Shown here piece after piece: positions 29,274-41,131 of a DNA stretch of 64,000 nucleotides. The stretch is from Longimicrobiales bacterium (GTDB taxonomy: Bacteria; Gemmatimonadota; Gemmatimonadetes; Longimicrobiales; Gaopeijiaceae). The stretch lies in assembly GCA_965248195.1 (NCBI GenBank), contig CBDFIQ010000001.1, forward strand, positions 1,434,658-1,498,657. The letters are read 5' to 3'. The translations under genes and the position numbers were made by a program. The notes below the pieces were generated by a model that saw only the letters and a list, made by a program, of their open reading frames with translations, made no database searches and was not told where the DNA came from. Each line of letters starts with the position of its first letter. Position 1 is the stretch's first letter.

Positions 29274-31032
29274 CGGGGGTGAGTGTCAGTGCACCCTGGC
29301 CGGACATGATGCGAGATGTTTCACCAGCCGCGATCCCCCCCAGCGGTGAAGGAAGGGAGGGAGGGGCACGATGCGTAAGCTCGCAATTCTTCTGAGCATG
29401 GCGGCCAGCGCATCTTGTGCTGAGGCCACAACGGCCCCACAGGATGACGCAGGAGTTAACGAAGGAACGGTCGAATTCACGCTTACGAGATCCTCCGCCA
29501 GCGGCGCCCCGGTTGACGGTGCCACGCACGCGATCGTACGAGTGTGGAACCCCTCGTCTGGTTTCAACTTCGCTCAATCCGTTGCGATCCCTGACGCGAG
29601 CCAAAGCACCATGGTCACTATGCAGGCTCCAGCCCGCGATGGATATTCGGCTGGCGTACTCGCGGTGGACGGGCCGGTGGGGCCTTCAATACCCAATGTG
29701 TTGGCGGCCGGGATCACGGCCGGGATCACCGTCGTGAAAGATCAACAGACGGAAGCCGTCGTTTCGGTCGAGTCCTTGAGTGTCGAGCTAACCGAAGTGC
29801 CGGCGCTCTTGACGCCTGGTGAAGAGGCCACGATCCGAGGGCGAGTGATGGGAGCACCCATAGCTGCCGAAGGTCAAGTCCCGATTTGTGTGTAAAAGCG
29901 GAGGAAGCTCCTCGCCTTCGGCTAGGCTGCTTGGGCGACCTCCTGTTTCTGGAGGAGTGAGAGGTCGAGGTAACGCCGGTCGCCCCAGACGTGTGTGGTC
30001 CTGAGTGCGACGGCCGTGATGAGCCTGAGGGCGCTGGCCCGGTCCGGGAAGGCGCCGGCGGCCTTGATCCTGCGTTTGATCTCGCCGTGCAGCCGCTCGA
30101 GGCTGTTGGTGGTACGCAGCCGGGGCCAGTGCGCCTCGGGGAACGCGTAGAACTGCGTCGCTGCCCCGAAGCCCCGCTCCAGGACCTCCACGGCCTCGGG
30201 CAGCTCCTTCTTCCAGCGTGCGCCGAACTCGCCCAGGAGCTTCTTCGCCTCGGCGAGTCCGGATGTCTGGAAGATCACCGAGACCTCACGCGCCACGCGC
30301 TTGCGTAGGCGGTGGGGGACCCTCGCCCCCACATTACGCTGCAGATGGACCGTACACCTCTGACGGCGTGCCTCGGGCAGGAAGCGGCGGACCGCAGCTG
30401 CCAGGCCTGCGTGCTCATCGGCGATCACGAGCTCGACACCGCCGAGGCCGCGGTCCTGGAGTTGCTCGAGGAGCTCCGACCAGCTCTGCTGCGACTCCTC
30501 AGCGCCCAGCGTGACGGCCAGGAGCCGTCGGTGACCCTCAGGGCCCACTGCATACGCCACGAGCGCACTCACGTTCTCGACTTTGCGGGCCCAGCGGGCG
30601 TCCAAGAACGTGGCGTCCAGGTACAGATAGGGGTGAGGCCCCTCGATCGGCGCACGGCGCAGCCCTTCCACGGCCTCGTCGAGCCGTTTTGCCACACGAC
30701 TCACCGTCGAGCGCCCAACACGCTCGCCCATCAGCGCCTCGGTGACGTCGCCCATCTTGCGCTGTGACACGCCGCTCACATACGCCTCGACCATCATCTC
30801 GTCGAGCTCGGGGCTCCTGCGCTGGTAGCGGCCGATCACGTCGGCCGGCGAACCGTTGTCCCGGCTCCGGGGCATGGCGACCTCGATCTGCCCCAGGCTC
30901 GTCAGCAGCCGCCTCAGGTATGTGCCGTTCCTATGGTCCTTCCGGCTTCCCACCCGCTCGAAGCGGCGTGCACCTACCATGGCCTTCAGCTCCTCTTCCA
31001 GCACCATCTCGAGCGTCAGCCGGATCGCGCCT

Positions 31033-33984
31033 CCCTCTCTGCCAACGTACGTGAGACACGGAGCACGCAAAGAAGGTCAAGTCCCGATTTGTGTGTAAAA
31101 GCGGAGGAAGCTCCTCGCCTTCGGCTAGGCTGCTTGGGCGACCTCCTGTTTCTGGAGGAGTGAGAGGTCGAGGTAACGCCGGTCGCCCCAGACGTGTGTG
31201 GTCCTGAGTGCGACGGCCGTGATGAGCCTGAGGGCGCTGGCCCGGTCCGGGAAGGCGCCGGCGGCCTTGATCCTGCGTTTGATCTCGCCGTGCAGCCGCT
31301 CGAGGCTGTTGGTGGTACGCAGCCGGGGCCAGTGCGCCTCGGGGAACGCGTAGAACTGCGTCGCTGCCCCGAAGCCCCGCTCCAGGACCTCCACGGCCTC
31401 GGGCAGCTCCTTCTTCCAGCGTGCGCCGAACTCGCCCAGGAGCTTCTTCGCCTCGGCGAGTCCGGATGTCTGGAAGATCACCGAGACCTCACGCGCCACG
31501 CGCTTGCGTAGGCGGTGGGGGACCCTCGCCCCCACATTACGCTGCAGATGGACCGTACACCTCTGACGGCGTGCCTCGGGCAGGAAGCGGCGGACCGCAG
31601 CTGCCAGGCCTGCGTGCTCATCGGCGATCACGAGCTCGACACCGCCGAGGCCGCGGTCCTGGAGTTGCTCGAGGAGCTCCGACCAGCTCTGCTGCGACTC
31701 CTCAGCGCCCAGCGTGACGGCCAGGAGCCGTCGGTGACCCTCAGGGCCCACTGCATACGCCACGAGCGCACTCACGTTCTCGACTTTGCGGGCCCAGCGG
31801 GCGTCCAAGAACGTGGCGTCCAGGTACAGATAGGGGTGAGGCCCCTCGATCGGCGCACGGCGCAGCCCTTCCACGGCCTCGTCGAGCCGTTTTGCCACAC
31901 GACTCACCGTCGAGCGCCCAACACGCTCGCCCATCAGCGCCTCGGTGACGTCGCCCATCTTGCGCTGTGACACGCCGCTCACATACGCCTCGACCATCAT
32001 CTCGTCGAGCTCGGGGCTCCTGCGCTGGTAGCGGCCGATCACGTCGGCCGGCGAACCGTTGTCCCGGCTCCGGGGCATGGCGACCTCGATCTGCCCCAGG
32101 CTCGTCAGCAGCCGCCTCAGGTATGTGCCGTTCCTATGGTCCTTCCGGCTTCCCACCCGCTCGAAGCGGCGTGCACCTACCATGGCCTTCAGCTCCTCTT
32201 CCAGCACCATCTCGAGCGTCAGCCGGATCGCGCCTTGAAACAGCTCGCGCAAATCATCGCGTAGCTCGTCTTGCGTGGCCCGACCGATCTCCACAATCTC
32301 TTGCATCGGAAGCTCCTCTCCGGTTCCGAGCCTGCTCTGCAGACCCGGACTCCCGGGTTCATGTGACAGTGAACAACAACAGAGGAGCTTCCGTTTTTCT
32401 TTCCCTCCTGTCCAGCTTATCCGCTTTTACACAAATCTAGGGACACTACCCGCAAAGAATTAGAGTAGGGCGAAGGCAGAGAAAACGAACATGTTGGGAC
32501 TGCGAGAGAGAATGGAAGAGAATGGTAGTGCCCCTGGAATCGGGGAGGCCAAGCGAAGCGCGGCAGCTCCTGCGGACCCGGAGGTAGTAGATAGGCCGCT
32601 ACGCCGGCGGTTCAGTCCATCGTACAAGCTGCGGATCGTCGAAGAAGCGGACCGGTGCACCGAGCCCGGCGAGGTGGGTCAGCTCCTGCGGCGCGAGGGC
32701 CTGTACTCGTCGCACCTGACGACGTGGCGCAAGGCGGCGCATAGCGGGTCGCTGAAGGCCCTGTCGAAGAAACGCGGCCGCAAGCCGGAGCGGAATCCGC
32801 TGGATGAGAAGGTACGCAAGCTGGAGCGGCAAAACGCACGGCTCGAGAATGAGCTCAGGAAGGCACACCTGATCATCGACGTGCAGGGAAAAGTTGCGGG
32901 GCTGCTGGGGATAAGCCTCGACGACGGGACGAACTCTTGAAGGCGGCCGATGAGCTGGCTAAGCACGTCGGTGTAAAACCGGCGTGCGCGGCTCTCGAGG
33001 TCTCCCGATCGACGTTCTACCGTCGTCGAGGCCCATCGACCGGGCAACGGCAGCCCCGCCCGACGCCCGCCCGGGCATTGAGCGAGACGGAACGAGGCGA
33101 GGTCTTCGACACGCTGTGTTCGGAGCGGTTCGTGGACCGCTCACCCGCCGAGGTGGTGGCCACGCTGCTCGACGAAGAGGTCTACCTGTGCAGCGAACGC
33201 ACGATGTATCGTGTTCTGGCCTCCGAGGTGCCGGTTCAGGAACGCCGGGCGCAGCGCACCCATCCCGAGTACAAGAAGCCCGAGTTGATGGCCACGGCGC
33301 CGAACCAGGTGTGGTCCTGGGATATCACGCGGCTACTCGGGCCGAAGAAGTGGAGCTATTACTACCTCTACGTCATCATGGACATCTACAGCCGCTACGT
33401 CGTGGGCTGGATGGTGGCGGACCGGGAGAACTCGGCCCTGGCCGGCCGGTTGATCCAGCAGAGCTGCCTGAAGCATGGCGTCCAGCCCCGGGTCCTGACC
33501 CTGCACTCGGATCGGGGAGCTCCAATGACGAGCCAATGCACCGCTCAACTTCTCGCTGACCTCGGCGTGACTCGCTCGTTGAGCCGGCCTCAGGTGTCGG
33601 ATGACAACCCGTTTTCCGAGGCTCAGTTCAAAACCTTGAAGTACCATCCCTCGTTTCCCGGGCGGTTCGGGGATCAGGGCCAGGCCAAGACGTTGTGTCG
33701 ATCGTTCTTCCGCTGGTACAATGCCGAGCACCGCCATGGCGGTATCTCGATGCTAACCCCCGAGCAGGTCCACTTCGGGAACGCCGATCAGGTCATTGCC
33801 GGCAGGAAATCCGTGCTCCGCGAAGCATGGGCCGCTCATCCCGAACGCTTCGTCACAGGTGTGCCGAAGCCCAAACCGCTCCCGGAGGCCGTCTACATCA
33901 ATCCTCCCATCCCTTCCCTCACCACACAGGATATTGCTCTCTAATTAATCCCGTAGAGTGTCCCATTGTCGTTGACAGGTTCCG
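31033..33984 (+). mobile_element. IS3-family copy interrupted by IS256 near its left end
   Basis: 3-bp TSD CCT; orfA 32491-32940 and orfB 32937-33944 (WSWDIT, HSDRG, DNPFSE). Confidence 0.95.
31075..32450 (-). mobile_element. IS256 copy (intact; transposase 31125-32306)
   Basis: 9-bp TSD CGCAAAGAA; 1376 bp. Confidence 0.96.
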
Positions 33985-34410
33985 CCTTGAAACAGCTCGC
34001 GCAAATCATCGCGTAGCTCGTCTTGCGTGGCCCGACCGATCTCCACAATCTCTTGCATCGGAAGCTCCTCTCCGGTTCCGAGCCTGCTCTGCAGACCCGG
34101 ACTCCCGGGTTCATGTGACAGTGAACAACAACAGAGGAGCTTCCGTTTTTCTTTCCCTCCTGTCCAGCTTATCCGCTTTTACACAAATCTAGGGACACTA
34201 CCGCTGCCGAACGCTTTGGAGTGACGCTCTGTATTAGGACGGAGAAGTTTTCGGCGAGCCCCTGCGCCGCGGCAACCGCCCCAGGCGGAACGCTAACGGA
34301 GGCCGATTTCTCGGTGACTTTCAACGCCCCTACTGCGTTGGCGGATACGGCCGCATGGTTTCAATTCGTCTTTGGCGTCGACGGTAGAGACACGTGGTGG
34401 CCTGACGGGA

Positions 34411-35977
34411 CCCTCTCTGCCAACGTACGTGAGACACGGAGCACGCAAAGAATTAGAGTAGGGCGAAGGCAGAGAAAACGAACATGTTGGGACTGCGAGA
34501 GAGAATGGAAGAGAATGGTAGTGCCCCTGGAATCGGGGAGGCCAAGCGAAGCGCGGCAGCTCCTGCGGACCCGGAGGTAGTAGATAGGCCGCTACGCCGG
34601 CGGTTCAGTCCATCGTACAAGCTGCGGATCGTCGAAGAAGCGGACCGGTGCACCGAGCCCGGCGAGGTGGGTCAGCTCCTGCGGCGCGAGGGCCTGTACT
34701 CGTCGCACCTGACGACGTGGCGCAAGGCGGCGCATAGCGGGTCGCTGAAGGCCCTGTCGAAGAAACGCGGCCGCAAGCCGGAGCGGAATCCGCTGGATGA
34801 GAAGGTACGCAAGCTGGAGCGGCAAAACGCACGGCTCGAGAATGAGCTCAGGAAGGCACACCTGATCATCGACGTGCAGGGAAAAGTTGCGGGGCTGCTG
34901 GGGATAAGCCTCGACGACGGGACGAACTCTTGAAGGCGGCCGATGAGCTGGCTAAGCACGTCGGTGTAAAACCGGCGTGCGCGGCTCTCGAGGTCTCCCG
35001 ATCGACGTTCTACCGTCGTCGAGGCCCATCGACCGGGCAACGGCAGCCCCGCCCGACGCCCGCCCGGGCATTGAGCGAGACGGAACGAGGCGAGGTCTTC
35101 GACACGCTGTGTTCGGAGCGGTTCGTGGACCGCTCACCCGCCGAGGTGGTGGCCACGCTGCTCGACGAAGAGGTCTACCTGTGCAGCGAACGCACGATGT
35201 ATCGTGTTCTGGCCTCCGAGGTGCCGGTTCAGGAACGCCGGGCGCAGCGCACCCATCCCGAGTACAAGAAGCCCGAGTTGATGGCCACGGCGCCGAACCA
35301 GGTGTGGTCCTGGGATATCACGCGGCTACTCGGGCCGAAGAAGTGGAGCTATTACTACCTCTACGTCATCATGGACATCTACAGCCGCTACGTCGTGGGC
35401 TGGATGGTGGCGGACCGGGAGAACTCGGCCCTGGCCGGCCGGTTGATCCAGCAGAGCTGCCTGAAGCATGGCGTCCAGCCCCGGGTCCTGACCCTGCACT
35501 CGGATCGGGGAGCTCCAATGACGAGCCAATGCACCGCTCAACTTCTCGCTGACCTCGGCGTGACTCGCTCGTTGAGCCGGCCTCAGGTGTCGGATGACAA
35601 CCCGTTTTCCGAGGCTCAGTTCAAAACCTTGAAGTACCATCCCTCGTTTCCCGGGCGGTTCGGGGATCAGGGCCAGGCCAAGACGTTGTGTCGATCGTTC
35701 TTCCGCTGGTACAATGCCGAGCACCGCCATGGCGGTATCTCGATGCTAACCCCCGAGCAGGTCCACTTCGGGAACGCCGATCAGGTCATTGCCGGCAGGA
35801 AATCCGTGCTCCGCGAAGCATGGGCCGCTCATCCCGAACGCTTCGTCACAGGTGTGCCGAAGCCCAAACCGCTCCCGGAGGCCGTCTACATCAATCCTCC
35901 CATCCCTTCCCTCACCACACAGGATATTGCTCTCTAATTAATCCCGTAGAGTGTCCCATTGTCGTTGACAGGTTCCG
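34411..35977 (+). mobile_element. IS3-family element, intact, 1567 bp (orfA 34484-34933, orfB 34930-35937)
   Basis: 3-bp TSD GGA; inverted repeats TGCCAACGTACGTGAGACAC / TGTCAACGACAATGGGACAC; G GGA AAA -1 slippery site joins orfA to the orfB frame. Confidence 0.96.
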
Positions 35978-36166
35978 GGAATCTGGCAGCCGTATTGCGG
36001 ATCCCCTCACTTGTCCTGGGGGACACGCTTTTCCGATTGCCTCTTGAGGTGAACACCGGAGGGATCTCCATCATCTTCTGATGACCCTCCGCGACTGGAC
36101 CGACCCCCGCCCCACGGACGACCAACGGATTTGAATGGGTGAAGCCCGGCAACCGCGAGAAGGGCC

Positions 36167-37740
36167 TTGGCTACTTTGGCCGCCGCATCTGTGGGCCGGG
36201 AAGACGTTGCGGGGATCAAGGTGAGGCGGAACAGCAAGGCTATTACCAAACTCAAGGCTGATGCAGAGCATCTGCTCGACAACTATCGTGAGACGGTAAC
36301 GACCCTCGCGATAATGGAGCCGATGGTGTCCAACAGCGCCGTGCGAGAGTCGTGCGGCCGCGGCGATGCGCACTGGGGCTTCCTAATCGTGCGTAGCACT
36401 CTTTTCCTCAACGTGGTTCTGCGTATTGCCAAGCTTGTCTTTGATAAATATTCCAGTACTCCGAGTGTCCATACGATCGTGGATGAAGTCATGCATCCCG
36501 GGGTAGCCGGGATTCTGAAGAACGAATACGTGGATGGGTACTGTGCCGTCGACTCTTCGAGCGATAGATCGCTTCACGAGGGTGAGTTTGACAGCCACTT
36601 GAACGAACTGCGGTCCCTAGCACAGGAAGTCAAAGCCGATCCGTTGTTCCTGTGCGCAAAGAAGGTGCGAGACAAGTCCATTGCTCACTGGGAAGTGGTA
36701 TATAGGAACGGCAAGTATGAGTTATATGATATTAGCCAACACGACCTGAAGTGGACATCACCGCGAGACATGATTGAGAGGCTTAGGCCGGTCATTCACA
36801 AGGTTAGTCTAGGGTCTGTTAACACTAAGGGCAATTTGTAGTATATTGGGGCTATGAAAATCACAGAGTCCCAATATCGTCGGATAGAGGCTTGCTTTCC
36901 GCATCAGCGCGGCAATGTGAGCATCTCCAATCTCGAAGTGCTTAACGCGATCCTGTATGTGGCCGAACACGGCTGCAAATGGCGGGGGTTGCCTCCGCGT
37001 TTCGGTAACTGGCATACGATCTACACCCGAATGAATCGCTGGGCCAGGGCAGGTGTGCTGGATCGTGTCTTTGCGGCCCTGCAAGACGAGCAAATTATCC
37101 GGATCAAGATCCAAGCTCTGTCGATCGACAGTACCATCGTCAAGGTGCACCCTGATGGCACCGGCGCTCTAAAAAAAACGGCCCGCAGGCCATCGGCAAG
37201 TCGCGTGGAGGCTGGACCACCAAGATTCATATGGTTGCCGCAGATGCTCGAACCGCGATAACCTTCTCGCTATCGCCAGGCCACAAGCACGACGCGCCGG
37301 AAGGACGGGAACTGCTACGCACGTTGAAGCCGGTACATTCCACAGTGTCCATGATCATGGACCGGGCGTACGAGGGGGGCGAAACACGGCAATTGGTGTT
37401 GGAGCTGGGGTTTACGCCGGTCGTGCCACCCAAGCAGGGCCGTGTTAACCCGTGGCAGTATGACCGAGTCATGTATCGCCGTCGTAACGAAATAGAGCGG
37501 TTATTTCGGCGACTCAAAGGCTTCAGAAGAATCTTCTCCCGCTTTGACAAGCTCGACGTGATGTTTACCGCCTTCATCCACTTCGCGCTCATCGTCGAAG
37601 CCCTCAGATAGTGTTAACAGGCCCTAGTAGTCCGCGGTGCGTCATTCGAGTGGGAATCCCTCAAATCCGGTAGTGAAGGCATAGCTGACGGCTACTGGGC
37701 GGCGGCGTGTGCCGCTGGACAGCACGACGCAGCCCCCTGA
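36167..37740 (+). pseudogene. AbiU2-like HEPN-domain protein (about 252 aa when rejoined), split by IS5
   Basis: LRIAKLVFD...S and VRDKSIAH (Rx4H) motifs; 36167-36811 joins 37627-37740 in frame after the TA duplication is removed. Confidence 0.7.
36812..37624 (+). mobile_element. IS5-family (IS427-like) element with two ORFs (36854-37261, 37231-37611)
   Basis: Inverted repeats GGGTCTGTTAACACTA / TAGTGTTAACAGGCCC; TA duplication in a CTAG site; A8 slippery run; GCKWR.LP and IERLFRRLK motifs. Confidence 0.93.
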
Positions 37741-37771
37741 AGACCGCCGCCGCTGCTGAGAGATGGTGGGT

Positions 37772-37798
37772 CGCGTCGTCTGGTGGGCGCACACGGAT
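37772..37798 (+). repeat. 27-bp repressor-tail repeat, copy 2 (EMVGRVVWWAHTDKG*)
   Basis: Identical to 29247-29273. Confidence 0.9.
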
Positions 37799-37807
37799 AA
37801 GGGGTGA

Positions 37808-40568
37808 GGTCAAGTCCCGATTTGTGTGTAAAAGCGGAGGAAGCTCCTCGCCTTCGGCTAGGCTGCTTGGGGGTCAAGTCCCGATTTGTGTGTAAAAGCG
37901 GAGGAAGCTCCTCGCCTTCGGCTAGGCTGCTTGGGCGACCTCCTGTTTCTGGAGGAGTGAGAGGTCGAGGTAACGCCGGTCGCCCCAGACGTGTGTGGTC
38001 CTGAGTGCGACGGCCGTGATGAGCCTGAGGGCGCTGGCCCGGTCCGGGAAGGCGCCGGCGGCCTTGATCCTGCGTTTGATCTCGCCGTGCAGCCGCTCGA
38101 GGCTGTTGGTGGTACGCAGCCGGGGCCAGTGCGCCTCGGGGAACGCGTAGAACTGCGTCGCTGCCCCGAAGCCCCGCTCCAGGACCTCCACGGCCTCGGG
38201 CAGCTCCTTCTTCCAGCGTGCGCCGAACTCGCCCAGGAGCTTCTTCGCCTCGGCGAGTCCGGATGTCTGGAAGATCACCGAGACCTCACGCGCCACGCGC
38301 TTGCGTAGGCGGTGGGGGACCCTCGCCCCCACATTACGCTGCAGATGGACCGTACACCTCTGACGGCGTGCCTCGGGCAGGAAGCGGCGGACCGCAGCTG
38401 CCAGGCCTGCGTGCTCATCGGCGATCACGAGCTCGACACCGCCGAGGCCGCGGTCCTGGAGTTGCTCGAGGAGCTCCGACCAGCTCTGCTGCGACTCCTC
38501 AGCGCCCAGCGTGACGGCCAGGAGCCGTCGGTGACCCTCAGGGCCCACTGCATACGCCACGAGCGCACTCACGTTCTCGACTTTGCGGGCCCAGCGGGCG
38601 TCCAAGAACGTGGCGTCCAGGTACAGATAGGGGTGAGGCCCCTCGATCGGCGCACGGCGCAGCCCTTCCACGGCCTCGTCGAGCCGTTTTGCCACACGAC
38701 TCACCGTCGAGCGCCCAACACGCTCGCCCATCAGCGCCTCGGTGACGTCGCCCATCTTGCGCTGTGACACGCCGCTCACATACGCCTCGACCATCATCTC
38801 GTCGAGCTCGGGGCTCCTGCGCTGGTAGCGGCCGATCACGTCGGCCGGCGAACCGTTGTCCCGGCTCCGGGGCATGGCGACCTCGATCTGCCCCAGGCTC
38901 GTCAGCAGCCGCCTCAGGTATGTGCCGTTCCTATGGTCCTTCCGGCTTCCCACCCGCTCGAAGCGGCGTGCACCTACCATGGCCTTCAGCTCCTCTTCCA
39001 GCACCATCTCGAGCGTCAGCCGGATCGCGCCTTGAAACAGCTCGCGCAAATCATCGCGTAGCTCGTCTTGCGTGGCCCGACCGATCTCCACAATCTCTTG
39101 CATCGGAAGCTCCTCTCCGGTTCCGAGCCTGCTCTGCAGACCCGGACTCCCGGGTTCATGTGACAGTGAACAACAACAGAGGAGCTTCCGTTTTTCTTTC
39201 CCTCCTGTCCAGCTTATCCGCTTTTACACAAATCTAGGGACACTACCCTGCTTGGGCGACCTCCTGTTTCTGGAGGAGTGAGAGGTCGAGGTAACGCCGG
39301 TCGCCCCAGACGTGTGTGGTCCTGAGTGCGACGGCCGTGATGAGCCTGAGGGCGCTGGCCCGGTCCGGGAAGGCGCCGGCGGCCTTGATCCTGCGTTTGA
39401 TCTCGCCGTGCAGCCGCTCGAGGCTGTTGGTGGTACGCAGCCGGGGCCAGTGCGCCTCGGGGAACGCGTAGAACTGCGTCGCTGCCCCGAAGCCCCGCTC
39501 CAGGACCTCCACGGCCTCGGGCAGCTCCTTCTTCCAGCGTGCGCCGAACTCGCCCAGGAGCTTCTTCGCCTCGGCGAGTCCGGATGTCTGGAAGATCACC
39601 GAGACCTCACGCGCCACGCGCTTGCGTAGGCGGTGGGGGACCCTCGCCCCCACATTACGCTGCAGATGGACCGTACACCTCTGACGGCGTGCCTCGGGCA
39701 GGAAGCGGCGGACCGCAGCTGCCAGGCCTGCGTGCTCATCGGCGATCACGAGCTCGACACCGCCGAGGCCGCGGTCCTGGAGTTGCTCGAGGAGCTCCGA
39801 CCAGCTCTGCTGCGACTCCTCAGCGCCCAGCGTGACGGCCAGGAGCCGTCGGTGACCCTCAGGGCCCACTGCATACGCCACGAGCGCACTCACGTTCTCG
39901 ACTTTGCGGGCCCAGCGGGCGTCCAAGAACGTGGCGTCCAGGTACAGATAGGGGTGAGGCCCCTCGATCGGCGCACGGCGCAGCCCTTCCACGGCCTCGT
40001 CGAGCCGTTTTGCCACACGACTCACCGTCGAGCGCCCAACACGCTCGCCCATCAGCGCCTCGGTGACGTCGCCCATCTTGCGCTGTGACACGCCGCTCAC
40101 ATACGCCTCGACCATCATCTCGTCGAGCTCGGGGCTCCTGCGCTGGTAGCGGCCGATCACGTCGGCCGGCGAACCGTTGTCCCGGCTCCGGGGCATGGCG
40201 ACCTCGATCTGCCCCAGGCTCGTCAGCAGCCGCCTCAGGTATGTGCCGTTCCTATGGTCCTTCCGGCTTCCCACCCGCTCGAAGCGGCGTGCACCTACCA
40301 TGGCCTTCAGCTCCTCTTCCAGCACCATCTCGAGCGTCAGCCGGATCGCGCCTTGAAACAGCTCGCGCAAATCATCGCGTAGCTCGTCTTGCGTGGCCCG
40401 ACCGATCTCCACAATCTCTTGCATCGGAAGCTCCTCTCCGGTTCCGAGCCTGCTCTGCAGACCCGGACTCCCGGGTTCATGTGACAGTGAACAACAACAG
40501 AGGAGCTTCCGTTTTTCTTTCCCTCCTGTCCAGCTTATCCGCTTTTACACAAATCTAGGGACACTACC
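37808..40568 (-). mobile_element. IS256 copy with another IS256 inserted near its right end (transposase 39243-40424)
   Basis: The pieces sum to 1376 bp; flanks AGGGGTGA / CGGGGTGA form an imperfect TSD. Confidence 0.93.
37872..39247 (-). mobile_element. IS256 copy nested in IS256 (transposase 37922-39103)
   Basis: 9-bp TSD CTGCTTGGG; 1376 bp. Confidence 0.96.
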
Positions 40569-41131
40569 CGGGGTGAGGGGGTGGGGAGTCAGGTCATGTG
40601 GAGGACGCTGTGAGCCGGACGCGACACCTGGTGCAGCCGTACCGTGAGGTTGAAGAAGCGTTACTTGCAGGGCGGTCACCCGCGGGGTGGTCGTTCTCGT
40701 GTTCAGCGATGATCTGTCCACGGCTACGGCACCCTGGCTTCCCCAGCCAAGAAACCAAGTCCCGCCTCTCGCTGTGCCTCGGCTGCTTGCTCGATTCCGA
40801 GGCAAGCGCGATTGTTGACTATGGTACCTTGGGTCGATTTTGCAGACGTGGACGACAGCGAAGACTTCTTGCCCTTTAGGGAAGACAAGGCGACACAGGT
40901 TGCATCCCGCTTCATCGAGAAAGAGGGCGGGAGCATTCGCATCCTCAAGCTCGTCAAGCTGGTGTACCTCACGGACCGCACGAGTCTGCTGCGATTCGGC
41001 AGGCCAGTGACTTTTGACGAATTCTACTCCTTGCCCTACGGCCCCATTCCGAGTTCGACGCTCGACCGCATCAACTCTTATGGGTTCGAGGACTCTGTCT
41101 GGAAGCGGTTCATCAGCCTACGCGAGGGGAA

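Larger units (their letters stand above)
29872..34202 (-). mobile_element. IS256 copy interrupted by IS3 (outer layer of a three-level nest)
   Basis: 9-bp TSD GCTGCCGAA (29863-29871 / 34203-34211); the pieces sum to 1376 bp. Confidence 0.95.
29371..36081 (+). pseudogene. Lipoprotein gene (266 aa when rejoined), split by nested IS256/IS3 and a second IS3
   Basis: Segments 29371-29871, 34212-34410 and 35981-36081 join in frame once the TSDs GCTGCCGAA and GGA are collapsed; signal peptide ending ASASC. Confidence 0.8.

Noticed and set aside
34517..34535. Sequence in IS3 orfA (GGTAGTGCCCCTGGAATCG) resembling the IS256 left end, close to the IS3 self-insertion sites
   Set aside because: The match is short and partial, lies within coding sequence and may be chance.
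36082..36166. Additional very degenerate repressor tail (DPRPTDDQRI*MG); a similar case is EMIVGLVLW at about 51826-51852
   Set aside because: The similarity is too weak to support without a profile search.
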